DNA from: a virus
Reading direction: 5' to 3' (one strand)
IMG/VR virus record: IMGVR_UViG_3300047552_001147
Location: 1-64,000 of that record
Length of the DNA: 64,000 nucleotides
In this document: piece after piece, positions 11,001-19,461 of the stretch
Numbering within the stretch: position 1 is the first letter of the stretch
How the letters are laid out: every line of letters begins with the position of its first letter
Translations under genes and position numbers: made by a program
Notes under the pieces: generated by a model
Database searches by the model: none
What the model saw: the letters and a program-made list of their open reading frames with translations, nothing else
What the model was told of the DNA's origin: nothing

Positions 11001-13499
11001 CTGATCTGTACCGGCGTTCTAGACACGTCTGGTCCTGTTGTTGTACGTGTTAAAAAGACAGCAACATACAACTGGATCAATACGCAGCCTCAGGCTGTCC
11101 AAGACTTCCTAGATAGTAAGGGCATCGACGGTACAACACTGTCTGTCGGGGATATCACTCTCGGCATCATTGACGAAGTCGCTCATCCCACAGTAGTTAA
11201 CAGAGGCACTCCGCTCATTAAAGAGGGCGAGATCAGCACGCTGCGCTTCTACGTTGGCGGTGTTGACTTGTCAACGAAAACGCAGGATGAGATCATCAGC
11301 AATATCCAGCTGGTTGTTCCTGCTTACCTAGATCTGGTCAACTTACGGCCAGTAATCTACAAAGACGACGATACTGGCGCTCCCGCGTTCCACTACGGTA
11401 TCTATGTTGTAGTAAACTGCGGAGACGCTGGTGGCGACACTACAGCTGACCTTGAGTTCTTGAGTGCCGGCGTCCCAGGACCTGGAACAATCAAGACAAT
11501 CTCAATCGACCCCGCAGTGGCTCCTACTATCGTTGGAGGCGGCCTAAACTCAGCACTAACCCAGCACATCTGGACAGTAGATGGACAGCTCCTGCCAAGT
11601 GACGTGTACTTCACACTACAGGATGTGAAGCTTGGCGCCACTATCTCGATCGCACTAGTTTCTACAAATCCAAGTGCGTCGATTGATTACGATCCGATCG
11701 TTCCAGTTCCGTCTGCCGGCTCTCACACCTATCAGGTTCAGATTAGGTTGATATCTGATCAACCATACACTGGCGACTATCTGATGCTGTATACCAGCAA
11801 CACGTACATCAACAACCTCGTCAAGACGTCTGCTTTAGGTAATGGCGTTGCGACAGATTTTGTTGAGTTTGAGGAAGAGCAGGTCGTTGGTCCTACCAGC
11901 TACACTGTCGACTCTATTGTGTTCAGTCTCCCGCGTCAAGCCCAATACACGCCGTTCAAACTACCAGGGGTGTTCGACTTCACGGGTATTGACCCAACTG
12001 ACATGACAGAGGTCAACGCCAGGTTCTCTATTGATGTTGTTAGAGAAGATGATTTGACAACGATGCTGTGGGACTTCAACATCGCAGCCCTCGGCTCAGA
12101 AATTACTGATGCTTCTGACGGTATAACGAGTGACACGCTATATGGTTGGGTTGTTGTCACTAACAACAACACCAACGTTCTATCTGCCATCAAGGTCACA
12201 AATAACGATACCTCTGAGGTGACATATTACAGACCTAACATGTCGAGTGAGGAAGTAGTAAGCTCCTTCTACTTTGAGCAGGCGACTGTTCCTATCATCA
12301 ACCTTCAAGCGCCTATTCAGATTATTGAAGGAACATCCGGTATGCACTCTATTACCGGTACTGGGTTAATGGCGCCGGCTGCTCCAGCAGGGGAAACTGA
12401 GTTGCCCTTTGCCTACGCATACGAATACAGCGGTCTAACTGATCCGGTTAACACATATATTGCTAGCCCAAAAGACACCGGCAGAGTAGACATTACAATA
12501 GGTGTGGACGCGGCGTCAGCCGGACAGATCATCTCTCTTGTAATCAATGACGCTCTTGGTGGCACTAGAGCGCAGTTGCCCATCTTTGAGATCATTGCCG
12601 CTCCCGCTGGAACGCTCTCCATCGATGATGTTGTGATATATCCGTATACCGCAGCACATCAGTACGCGAATGACGAGACTATCACGGCGAGTACTATCCC
12701 GTACACGACGAACTCGGCGGAAGACATTCGTATTGTCGTTAGAGGCGATTACCTCGCCTACAACATCAAGTCAGCCTACATCACAGTGTGTGGAGACGAT
12801 AGTGTAGATGGACAGATGCCGCCTGCCTACGGCTGGTCAGTTGCTGACATCGCTAGCCGCAACGTTCAGCTAACTGTTGATGTGCCTATCTTCACGCCGA
12901 ACGGTATCGGAGAGACTATTGTCTACGTTGCTCCGAAGACCATTAGATGGTCGAGCCAACGAGTCAAGATCTTCTTCGAAGACGTTAACAACCCTGGAAC
13001 ATACTTCGATCCTAGCACAATAGACAACACCGGTGTAGGTACTGTGGGTACACTGGCGGACGCGGGCATGACAGTTAAGTACGGTCCCGCGTTCACGGAA
13101 ACCTTAAAGGTCAATACTGATCCTGGAGCCGGTCCTACCCCGTATGATTCTGCTAGAAGTGCACAGAACTCTGTAAGCGGCTGGTCAATTCCTCCCGATG
13201 AGCAGACGTTCACAGTGCCGCTACTACTAACAGAAGTTCCAGCCTCGAACCCGACAACATCATCGTTCACCATGGATGCCGATGGTAATGGTGCAATGGT
13301 TCGTTGTACCGGGGTTGCTCCTGATGGCGGAGGCGGTCTCGCGTGGAACGTCAGCTTCACAACAGTTGATGGTCTAGATGGTGTGAAGTGGCAAGCGGGC
13401 GCACACTTCGGTGTTAAGTTCCGCAGCGGTCAGCCTTGGTTCGCTGTTCGCGTTGGCGAGGCTGACTGGGGCAATGACGCAGATGACGTTGCGTTCTGA
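8055..13499 (+). CDS. Very large tail fibre/appendage protein
   Basis: 1814 aa, acidic, T/V/G/P-rich; N-terminal TPNLDLKKP...W...NENSDKVD and GHNHDG resemble phage fibre attachment segments. Confidence 0.65.
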   Translation: MTDNYDSTPNLDLKKPEHGSYEGYWEIPVNENSDKVDAAFDPASGHNHDGSSLGSGSKVDHNNLLSIGTNSHDDIDAHIADTALHLDGVKVGTVTGIDPAITVTDVSEIEFENAVVTDMGGGVVRVVTASSSGPGYTAPFYAKPESSAIAYTDNFNWAPGSVLADHSWCTILSYPSMHDWVVGGAVVGSYAYIRTEVTNGLFAQDGFAIAHCTGHIPHGTAQRVTVKVDSFRPYKDVDGLIADNDGLTYVAGNGLDDAVTLSLDLMSATQGFVAGRPCLYGISLLIRKVPGTATLSYTLNVRSDSTPPVSGTTMGALWTDFSNGPNGDLQGAPYSDIEGWHELALRRHPTITGAYSIHYYHNEGLSWYKTFNPASTDVNEARIAAEIGALTQTLATSTNPSEPPYGRIGFSLGFTLDNQTSHHVYELRVRHASIGSQDDEQAVKAVDIPESTVPVVSVPVCSSGPFTGFDTGEPFPYQGQSTNPGQFWISAKFTDLGINQNQSGFLVSGGLVSDLVYCASPSPGSPPVNNQSVFYSDTFMPGGETGRGVFLDGGRLVRGDKAGAADNLLVTVTAVNSNEIPRDWNTAGAFTAGYYTAGEELPTSFIDVFTIDARWVDPASQAERILCGYVSGPRIPIGAEVSVTVTPKYELSFDATWQPLLIAQPVPSIESHTTLVWDSVGFYSDTNTGVNSRWVDVTPDGNGDPYVLEGSTVCFGASIDKLPLGLDFWQGDGFLVPTDFAGTIKHVVVESSDLVGTYSVAITPNSTSTSIFRNVSRPFFITDEARITKYFDAVLPYELGVGTDMLIATAVGVPPPTAVNTDKVLEHANVQFNTISQNTESVAQIHKLSDSIANLVVRSVSIPNMLSLNMADTVYPSGNSLTFLPTSAQKSIPILSSLQILPRNPEVIAHEISDLAAGASVTMQFIVRYHHDIDITGDLTATAVDGLTSLTVSSAPVYYGGIDSTQTDPTLVTPSGYNAYRRLICTGVLDTSGPVVVRVKKTATYNWINTQPQAVQDFLDSKGIDGTTLSVGDITLGIIDEVAHPTVVNRGTPLIKEGEISTLRFYVGGVDLSTKTQDEIISNIQLVVPAYLDLVNLRPVIYKDDDTGAPAFHYGIYVVVNCGDAGGDTTADLEFLSAGVPGPGTIKTISIDPAVAPTIVGGGLNSALTQHIWTVDGQLLPSDVYFTLQDVKLGATISIALVSTNPSASIDYDPIVPVPSAGSHTYQVQIRLISDQPYTGDYLMLYTSNTYINNLVKTSALGNGVATDFVEFEEEQVVGPTSYTVDSIVFSLPRQAQYTPFKLPGVFDFTGIDPTDMTEVNARFSIDVVREDDLTTMLWDFNIAALGSEITDASDGITSDTLYGWVVVTNNNTNVLSAIKVTNNDTSEVTYYRPNMSSEEVVSSFYFEQATVPIINLQAPIQIIEGTSGMHSITGTGLMAPAAPAGETELPFAYAYEYSGLTDPVNTYIASPKDTGRVDITIGVDAASAGQIISLVINDALGGTRAQLPIFEIIAAPAGTLSIDDVVIYPYTAAHQYANDETITASTIPYTTNSAEDIRIVVRGDYLAYNIKSAYITVCGDDSVDGQMPPAYGWSVADIASRNVQLTVDVPIFTPNGIGETIVYVAPKTIRWSSQRVKIFFEDVNNPGTYFDPSTIDNTGVGTVGTLADAGMTVKYGPAFTETLKVNTDPGAGPTPYDSARSAQNSVSGWSIPPDEQTFTVPLLLTEVPASNPTTSSFTMDADGNGAMVRCTGVAPDGGGGLAWNVSFTTVDGLDGVKWQAGAHFGVKFRSGQPWFAVRVGEADWGNDADDVAF

Positions 13500-13525
13500 T
13501 CCGTAAACACTGGATCAAGTCGAGC

Positions 13526-13556
13526 TAAAAGAAAGGGGCGTAAGCTCCTTTCTTGC
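13526..13556. terminator. Bidirectional terminator
   Basis: AAGAAAGGGGC-gtaa-GCTCCTTTCTT between convergent genes. Confidence 0.8.
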
Positions 13557-13559
13557 TCT

Positions 13560-13955
13560 TTAAGAGCACAGGTCCTTGTATCGCGATCTGAGAGCTTCGC
13601 GATCATACAAGAGGCCGGACAGGTACTGCTTTTTTGGAGCTGCTCGATACATCTCCAACACAGTTACGTGATGTAGCACTGAGCCAGAGAGCGTCAGGTA
13701 ATCCTCACAAGACTTGAATAGTCTTGCATCAATCGGCTCCACCCTCCGCCCAACGATCTTTAGCAGCTTGACCTTGTCGCGAAGGCGCTCAATCACCTGC
13801 TGCTTTTCTGCTAGCTCGATGCGTATGTCGGCTAACTTGCTCAATATTCTGGCGCTCTGAATCTCTAGAACGAGATTGTAGAGTATTGCTCCACAGACGG
13901 CAGCAGCCCCTAGTAATATGGAAAGGATTACCAAGTTCTGTAGTTTATCTTCCAT
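13560..13955 (-). CDS. Membrane-anchored coiled-coil protein
   Basis: N-terminal hydrophobic helix; AAAGG RBS before ATG 13955. Confidence 0.7.
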   Translation of the reverse strand: MEDKLQNLVILSILLGAAAVCGAILYNLVLEIQSARILSKLADIRIELAEKQQVIERLRDKVKLLKIVGRRVEPIDARLFKSCEDYLTLSGSVLHHVTVLEMYRAAPKKQYLSGLLYDREALRSRYKDLCS

Positions 13956-13993
13956 GGCACACCTTTCTGATAAAAAAGAGGTTCCTCTATACG

Positions 13994-14002
13994 TCTTATG
14001 AC
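13994..14002 (-). promoter_or_regulatory. Conserved promoter motif GTCATAAGA
   Basis: AAAA lies 14 nt upstream; intergenic. Confidence 0.75.
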
Positions 14003-14023
14003 ACATAGACGGCCTCTTTTATT

Positions 14024-14392
14024 TCAGCTGTACTGTTTGAGTTCTCGTTCAGCCTCTTCGACCATCCCTCTTGTTTTAGCGAGGTCGGCGATGCCGCGAT
14101 CCTTCATGCGACGGCTGTACTCCACAAGCTCTTTGGCAGTATCAGATTGGTCATTACCAAACTTGCTTACCATTGCTTTGTGGAGCCCACCCGTCTCGTC
14201 GGCGATCGCTATGCTTCTGAGGTGAAGCTTCTCCACGACCAACAGATGATTGGTCCAGAAGACACGCATGCGCTCGCGGTGCTTCGCATTATCACTGCGA
14301 ACGATCTTGATGATTGAGACGATTGCCGTAACCAAGCAGAAAGCGATCACGACAATACCTACCACAGTGCAGGGTGCTCTTAGTATTTCCAT
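14024..14392 (-). CDS. Membrane-anchored hypothetical protein
   Basis: N-terminal TM helix; AAAGGAGG RBS. Confidence 0.75.
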   Translation of the reverse strand: MEILRAPCTVVGIVVIAFCLVTAIVSIIKIVRSDNAKHRERMRVFWTNHLLVVEKLHLRSIAIADETGGLHKAMVSKFGNDQSDTAKELVEYSRRMKDRGIADLAKTRGMVEEAERELKQYS

Positions 14393-14420
14393 GAGTCCTC
14401 CTTTTGTTGTGACTCATGTG

Positions 14421-14429
14421 TCTTATGAC
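14421..14429 (-). promoter_or_regulatory. Conserved promoter motif GTCATAAGA
   Basis: Abuts the upstream terminator; 29 nt before the ATG. Confidence 0.7.
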
Positions 14430-14430
14430 G

Positions 14431-14465
14431 TAAAAGAAGAGCCTGGTTGTCCAGGCTCTTCTTTA
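14431..14465 (-). terminator. Intrinsic terminator
   Basis: AAAGAAGAGCCTGG-ttgt-CCAGGCTCTTCTTT perfect inverted repeat. Confidence 0.85.
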
Positions 14466-14828
14466 CTCTGACACAATGGTCTCACACTCGATCTTCTTCC
14501 ATCCACGTGGAATCAGGACCTTTTCCGCGAACTCCGCGCACGCGTACATGTGTGTACCCGATGTAAGCTTGTCAAAGTGAACATACATCGGCGTGTCAGC
14601 TTTCTCTATCCAAGCATGCCAGGCCTTGCTGTCTTGAATGTCATAAGTTGGTTCTGGACCATAAATAGCTTCGACATGCTTTCTAGCCTCGTCTAGCATT
14701 TTAGACCGGAATTCCTTGTGGTTCTTCTCGAACTTCTCATATTCTTCTCGGATGTTGGCGTATCCGCCATCACCTTCACCATCCCAACCAAGAATAAAGC
14801 CCCACGTGGGGAAACTGATCAGTTTCAT
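14463..14828 (-). CDS. Hypothetical protein
   Basis: Coupled ORF. Confidence 0.7.
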   Translation of the reverse strand: MKLISFPTWGFILGWDGEGDGGYANIREEYEKFEKNHKEFRSKMLDEARKHVEAIYGPEPTYDIQDSKAWHAWIEKADTPMYVHFDKLTSGTHMYACAEFAEKVLIPRGWKKIECETIVSE

Positions 14829-15784
14829 TTGCAGGGTTCCCAGTTGAGTGCAACAGCGGCGTCTGCTCGGATGAAATGATCTTCCAGCTTCAAGGTTAGG
14901 CGGCAGTCGCGGGACGTTCTGTCGATGTGATCGAACCCTCTCCGCTTAGCCTCATCTATCGCCCACTGAAATGATCCATAAGGCCAAACAGTGGTGCCTT
15001 TGGCGAACTCTTCTAGTGTCACGAACTCGCCCTTAGCCAGCTGCTCTCTTGACTTCTCAACTCTCTCTTCTGAGAATACTGACCAGTCAATGGGCGACAC
15101 TTCATCAATCTTCTCGCTCTCAGGCTTTTGACCTGTCCATTCAGACTTCCAAAGAGCTTTCACGGTACGCTGGAGATCATCAAGCCAATCGAATTGGCGG
15201 CGCAGCTGCTCATCAATTTCCTGGAGCTGCTTTTCTCTGCGCTCACTGTCTACATCATGTCGGCTGACCTTATAGGTGAGACGTGTCGCAGCATCTCTAG
15301 ATGTTGACGCAACATCATTCAAACGCTTATCCAGCGAGGATACAGCATCATTAAGAGCACCAGCGGTTGCTTGGAGATGCACCTCTAGTGACTTCACACT
15401 ATCGGCCAGCTTCGCTACCTGCTCACGCAGATCCTCGGCCTTCTGCACTGTGCTAGGCTGGGCCATGCCTGCCTTAAGCTTCTCAGGAGACCATCCAGAA
15501 ACCTCATTGGCGGCCTTTTTGACAACCTCTTGGCGAGCTTTCTTCTCTACGTTCTCTTTGTAGTCAAATTGCTGCACTAGTGGCGCGTCGCCGGGCTTGA
15601 TGATGTGCCAACTGGACGTCATGTACTTGTCATATTGAGTAGCCAGTTGAGGATAATCTGAAAACGGCTCGTCGATGTACATGGTGCCGTTGCTCATGTA
15701 GTAGTGAGTTTTGCTGAGATCAGGATGGTCGCAACCACACAAGGCCCCAGCTTCCATTTCCTTTAGCGCTTCCCAGAATCGCAT
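14825..15784 (-). CDS. Coiled-coil protein; both ends weakly resemble DUF2829/Tad2-type domains
   Basis: MRFWEALKEMEAG...SSWHII and GSFQWAIDEAKRRG...LNWE flank heptad repeats. Confidence 0.45.
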   Translation of the reverse strand: MRFWEALKEMEAGALCGCDHPDLSKTHYYMSNGTMYIDEPFSDYPQLATQYDKYMTSSWHIIKPGDAPLVQQFDYKENVEKKARQEVVKKAANEVSGWSPEKLKAGMAQPSTVQKAEDLREQVAKLADSVKSLEVHLQATAGALNDAVSSLDKRLNDVASTSRDAATRLTYKVSRHDVDSERREKQLQEIDEQLRRQFDWLDDLQRTVKALWKSEWTGQKPESEKIDEVSPIDWSVFSEERVEKSREQLAKGEFVTLEEFAKGTTVWPYGSFQWAIDEAKRRGFDHIDRTSRDCRLTLKLEDHFIRADAAVALNWEPCK

Positions 15785-16068
15785 TCTCGGATCTCCTCTT
15801 CTGTCATTTGGATGAACTGGTCTCTGAAGCTCTCATCGGTATATGCGTCATAATTAACCTCACCATCTTGCTCTTCAAATTTGACGACCCAATCACCATC
15901 ATCTAGCCCTATGTGGTAGGTGTCGTCGCCTGGTGTGGGGTATAGCCTGTATAGGCCATCGCGATTCTTGCACGGGCTCTCGCCGCGACGGGTAAAAGGC
16001 AGGCGGTATCCTTCACCTAGAAACTGCTCTGCCTCGATAGTTGACTTGAATTTGTACCGTACTCTCAT
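15763..16068 (-). CDS. Small phage protein (AEQFLG...GDW family), paralog 1
   Basis: EAEQFLG..LPF...GDWVV...F; coupled start at 16068. Confidence 0.65.
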   Translation of the reverse strand: MRVRYKFKSTIEAEQFLGEGYRLPFTRRGESPCKNRDGLYRLYPTPGDDTYHIGLDDGDWVVKFEEQDGEVNYDAYTDESFRDQFIQMTEEEIRECDSGKR

Positions 16069-16358
16069 GCGTTGATCCACTTGCAGGTTGAGGGTTCAAA
16101 TTTGATGAAATTGCGCTCAACCTCAATAAATGTCCCCTTGAAGAGCTTCATCGGCACTACCATGTATCCGGCATCTGGGTTCTCAAGAATCCAATCACCA
16201 ATACTGATTGGAATACGCTTGGATGTGTATGGAAAGCCCATACTCCACTCACTATCAATAACGGCTAAGTGACCCCTGCAGCCACCGAAAGGCAGTGGAT
16301 GATCTGGACCTAAAAACTGTTCAGCGTTCAAAATCTCAGGTGTTCTAATTACTTTCAT
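16065..16358 (-). CDS. Small phage protein (AEQFLG...GDW family), paralog 2
   Basis: NAEQFLG..LPF...GDWIL...F; AAGGAAG RBS. Confidence 0.65.
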   Translation of the reverse strand: MKVIRTPEILNAEQFLGPDHPLPFGGCRGHLAVIDSEWSMGFPYTSKRIPISIGDWILENPDAGYMVVPMKLFKGTFIEVERNFIKFEPSTCKWINA

Positions 16359-16379
16359 GTCTTCCTTCTGTTGGTTAGT

Positions 16380-16401
16380 AAAAGGAAGGCTTGCGCCTTC
16401 C
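16380..16401 (-). terminator. Terminator of candidate RNA B
   Basis: 7-bp stem, GCAA loop, TTTT. Confidence 0.75.
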
Positions 16402-16753
16402 GAGGATCTGGACCCTTGCGGGCGTTTCGCTTACACCAGTTGTGCGAGCTTAGTACCTATCCCGGTACCAAGTGCCTATTGTTGGGAGGCTCCCCACCGT
16501 ACTTCGTAGCCATCCTCATGGCCTCTGGCTTGAGTCCGCCAGGTTGCTATTTTCCGTGACTTTCCTTCGCGGCGGAGGTAGCCGTAGACTTCAACCAACA
16601 CGCCCGTAGACTCAATCGGGAACGTGCGAGTATCCATCATTTCGCAGAACGCTGCATACCCACAAGGCTGCGGCCCCTTGTGGCAGTCAACTCTCGCTGC
16701 CAAGACTGGTACTATTGGTTTCGCAGTCAAGCCAGGCATTCATCCTCTGGCTC
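16380..16753 (-). ncRNA. Candidate structured RNA B (about 375 nt)
   Basis: Starts 6 nt after a promoter motif; many hairpins including GCAA loops; ends in GGAAGGC-gcaa-GCCTTCC-TTTT; no credible CDS. Confidence 0.65.
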
Positions 16754-16758
16754 ATATA

Positions 16759-16767
16759 TCTTATGCC
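16759..16767 (-). promoter_or_regulatory. Conserved promoter motif GGCATAAGA
   Basis: AAAAA lies 13 nt upstream. Confidence 0.75.
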
Positions 16768-16800
16768 CTAAAATAGCCCATTTTTGACCACTTTGGAGGT

Positions 16801-16845
16801 AAAAAACAGGCCGCTCCCCCGAAGTAAGGGGAGTGGTGGCCTGTT
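16801..16845 (-). terminator. Terminator of candidate RNA A
   Basis: AACAGGCC..CTCCCC-ttacttcg-GGGGAG.GGCCTGTT-TTTT. Confidence 0.75.
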
Positions 16846-17313
16846 CCAAAGATGACCATAACAACCCAATGGCCTTTCCACTGACCATCAGGTTGCAAGG
16901 GTTACTACTTGGCGTTTACAGGTTCGGAGGGCATAGCAGGAGCTTTTTCCAACCACAGGTTGGGTTGCGCTACCGCGAGTGCTGTAACCTGGTCAACGTA
17001 GGCATCGATACCGGCTTTTAGACCGGTGGCTGCCGCCTTCGCAAACGCCAAACCCTCTAGGTAAGACCGTAAGTCATTATCCTTCAAGAGTCACTCCAAA
17101 AGAGTTAAGCAGTCTCTTTGTTCAGTTTTACATCCCGCTCTCGCAACGGAAGTTGCTTGGAGAGAAAGCTAGGATGGCGACTCTACTTCATTTGACGGAT
17201 CGCGCCGTAGGAGACTATGCGTTGCTTTTTGAGGCAATCACAGTACCCTTCTTATAGCTGTCGCGAGTCACTAGCTGCAGCTACGTGAGCAGAGAAAGGA
17301 GATTACTCTGCTC
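16801..17313 (-). ncRNA. Candidate structured RNA A (about 515 nt)
   Basis: Starts 6 nt after a promoter motif; nested long-range helices with G-U pairs valid only on the - strand; terminal hairpin plus T6. Confidence 0.65.
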
Positions 17314-17318
17314 ATTGA

Positions 17319-17327
17319 TCTTATGAC
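17319..17327 (-). promoter_or_regulatory. Conserved promoter motif GTCATAAGA
   Basis: A6 lies 13 nt upstream. Confidence 0.75.
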
Positions 17328-17360
17328 TTGTTTTCATCACTTTTTTGAGGCCAGCTGCCC

Positions 17361-18386
17361 ATGTTTAAACTAGCCGGTGCCGTGGTCGATTGCTATGACG
17401 ACCCCTCCTTTGTGTCATCAATCGCCGCCCAATCACTATTCGGTCATGAGCTTCTTGACCCCTCCCAGTTAGATAAGCTGGCTGACAAAGATTTCGCTGT
17501 CAAGATTGTTGATGGGAACGTAGTGGCAAGAAAGTACCCCATTTACAATGCAGCCATTACTAAGATTTCTTGCGCTTATCTATACGACATGGCTGATAAA
17601 CTTCCTCAGGAAGTCGTCAAAACCGCCGCCGCAAGACTAGCCGCTGCCTGTGAGAAATTTGACATCGGGATTCCTTCAGAATTTGAGCCTATTGCAAGAA
17701 CTGGACAATACACAGTAGTGGTAAAACAAGAAGAAACCCCAGCAGCTATCAGAGAAGAAGACGAGCTAGGAAAGTTCGCTGCCTGGGAAGCTGCCAAACA
17801 GTTCCCCCGAATGACTCCTGAAGATAAAGTGGTGCTAGCAGATGAGCTGCATAAGATCGGCGCCGCTCAGCACAGACCAGAAGTGATGGAATACGTTCCC
17901 ACTGACACATACGGATCACTTCTGAAACAAGCGATTAACGACCGCAAGTACATCCTACGAGGCGATGAATCTGATAATTCAATCATGATCGCTGCCCTAG
18001 ATGATATGTACAGCAGACGTGATCAAAAGTCGCCGCTAGAGTTCGCTGTAGAGCTAGCCAATTTTGATAAGATCGCTGGACTTCGCCCCAGATACAAGAA
18101 CGGACTAACAGATCCGTACAAGGCTAGTTTCGGTGGCAAGAAAGAAAAGTCCAGTGGACCAGTAGAACACGGGCATGCAAAGAACGATGTGTCTAACCAA
18201 GCGCCTGTACCCGTCGATGTGGAAGTCGGATCAAATCTGGCTAAAGAGGGCGCCGAGAAAATGACAGTCGCTGAACATCTTGAAGCGATTGCTAAACACT
18301 ATGGCCATGTTAAGTCCGCTGCCAAAGCTGATGAGACATACGGCAAGTCTTTCATGACCGCATGGAACCTTTACTTCAGGAAGTAG
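17361..18386 (+). CDS. Probable head-associated protein with many KxA sites; DUF6582-like segment
   Basis: LADKDFAV...RKYPI motif; KLA, KTA, KFA, KIA, KSA sites; ADELHKIG. Confidence 0.55.
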   Translation: MFKLAGAVVDCYDDPSFVSSIAAQSLFGHELLDPSQLDKLADKDFAVKIVDGNVVARKYPIYNAAITKISCAYLYDMADKLPQEVVKTAAARLAAACEKFDIGIPSEFEPIARTGQYTVVVKQEETPAAIREEDELGKFAAWEAAKQFPRMTPEDKVVLADELHKIGAAQHRPEVMEYVPTDTYGSLLKQAINDRKYILRGDESDNSIMIAALDDMYSRRDQKSPLEFAVELANFDKIAGLRPRYKNGLTDPYKASFGGKKEKSSGPVEHGHAKNDVSNQAPVPVDVEVGSNLAKEGAEKMTVAEHLEAIAKHYGHVKSAAKADETYGKSFMTAWNLYFRK

Positions 18387-18387
18387 C

Positions 18388-18735
18388 ATGTTCACTGAAT
18401 CACTTTTTGATGAGTTAGAGAAGATCGCCGAGAGCCGAAGTGATCACAACGATCGCCGGATGTTCTCATCTCTAGGCAACGTCATTCTCCCTCCTTTTGG
18501 TTCAATCATGGCGGCCAAAGGTAAGAAGACGCGCAGCCTATTAGGTAGCTTAGGCGGCGGCGTTGTTGGCGCTGGCCTAGGTGGAGCAGCTGGCGCTGGA
18601 CTAGGCGCACTAACTGGCGGCCCTGCTGGGGCAGTTCTTGGCGGCATGTCAGGACTAAGTGTTGGCGGCCCAGTTGGCAGCGGCGTTGGATCATATCTAG
18701 CACACGGTAAGTACAAAGGTAAGAAGGAAGACTGA
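18388..18735 (+). CDS. DELEK-tag protein with glycine zipper
   Basis: MFTESLFDELEKIA; long GxxxG tract. Confidence 0.8.
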   Translation: MFTESLFDELEKIAESRSDHNDRRMFSSLGNVILPPFGSIMAAKGKKTRSLLGSLGGGVVGAGLGGAAGAGLGALTGGPAGAVLGGMSGLSVGGPVGSGVGSYLAHGKYKGKKED

Positions 18736-19004
18736 TGTTCACCGAAGCCCTATTTGATGAGTTACAAAAGCTGGCTGTCCGTATTGTCTATACGAAGCCA
18801 CAGACTAATGTACTCAATCCAATAGAGCACGGCGGCTCACTTCTGAGAGCAAACAAGAACGGCCTCTATCATCCTAAGAGTAATCCAAAGGGTGAGCCGG
18901 GTGTTTCGGCTGGTGCATTGAAGAACTACAAGGATGCTAGGGCGGCGAATAATCCACGCATGGAGGGTGAAATCGCCCGCATGCGTTATGGGATCAAACT
19001 CTAA
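18735..19004 (+). CDS. DELEK-tag basic protein
   Basis: MFTEALFDELQKLA. Confidence 0.8.
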   Translation: MFTEALFDELQKLAVRIVYTKPQTNVLNPIEHGGSLLRANKNGLYHPKSNPKGEPGVSAGALKNYKDARAANNPRMEGEIARMRYGIKL

Positions 19005-19006
19005 CT

Positions 19007-19039
19007 AAAAGAACAGTCCATTGCTGGATTGTTCTTTTT
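19007..19039. terminator. Bidirectional terminator
   Basis: AAAAGAACAGTCCA-ttgc-TGGATTGTTCTTTT. Confidence 0.8.
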
Positions 19040-19041
19040 GA

Positions 19042-19461
19042 TTACTGTGTATTCCGGTGGCTGCGCGTCAGCACGTCCACAAGCATACACAGGAACATTT
19101 CCCCATGTTTACGCGTCTCAGGCGTATCGAAGATGATAGCTGAGAGCGCCATTTGCTTGGCCACACCCAGCGTTTTGGCATCCCATGAGGCAATCGTATC
19201 GTAGTGCCTCTGAAGGATATCCTTCGGCTCCTTGGCTGTGAAAAACAAGGATGCGAAGCTCTCACGAGACTGAGGCTTATCACTGCCTTCCAGTACGTGA
19301 TTGATATCCAGCACAACCCTGTCCGTGTTATCGAACAGTTCACTAAGCTGCTGCTCCTTCACCTCATCGCTCAATTCATTATTGAATACGATGTGATTGA
19401 CAGCATACGTTGCTTCGGTCAGCAGGATTGCCTGGATGACACTGCTGTCTCTGATTGTCAT
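19042..19461 (-). CDS. Helical hypothetical protein, paralog of 19647-20066
   Basis: Colinear similarity by eye; AAGGA RBS. Confidence 0.7.
   Translation of the reverse strand: MTIRDSSVIQAILLTEATYAVNHIVFNNELSDEVKEQQLSELFDNTDRVVLDINHVLEGSDKPQSRESFASLFFTAKEPKDILQRHYDTIASWDAKTLGVAKQMALSAIIFDTPETRKHGEMFLCMLVDVLTRSHRNTQ

Noticed and set aside
16557-16570. GAAGGAAAGTC (- strand) resembling the RNase P GAGGAAAGUCC motif
   Set aside because: Imperfect match, in the wrong position within the RNA, and no complementary 3' P4 strand found.
16476-16739. 87-aa ORF within candidate RNA B
   Set aside because: No recognisable protein features, and the region is better explained by dense pairing.
16905-17087. 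60-aa ORF with a TTG start and GGAG upstream
   Set aside because: Not listed as a CDS because it is spanned by long-range helices of candidate RNA A and has no recognisable motif; dual function cannot be excluded.
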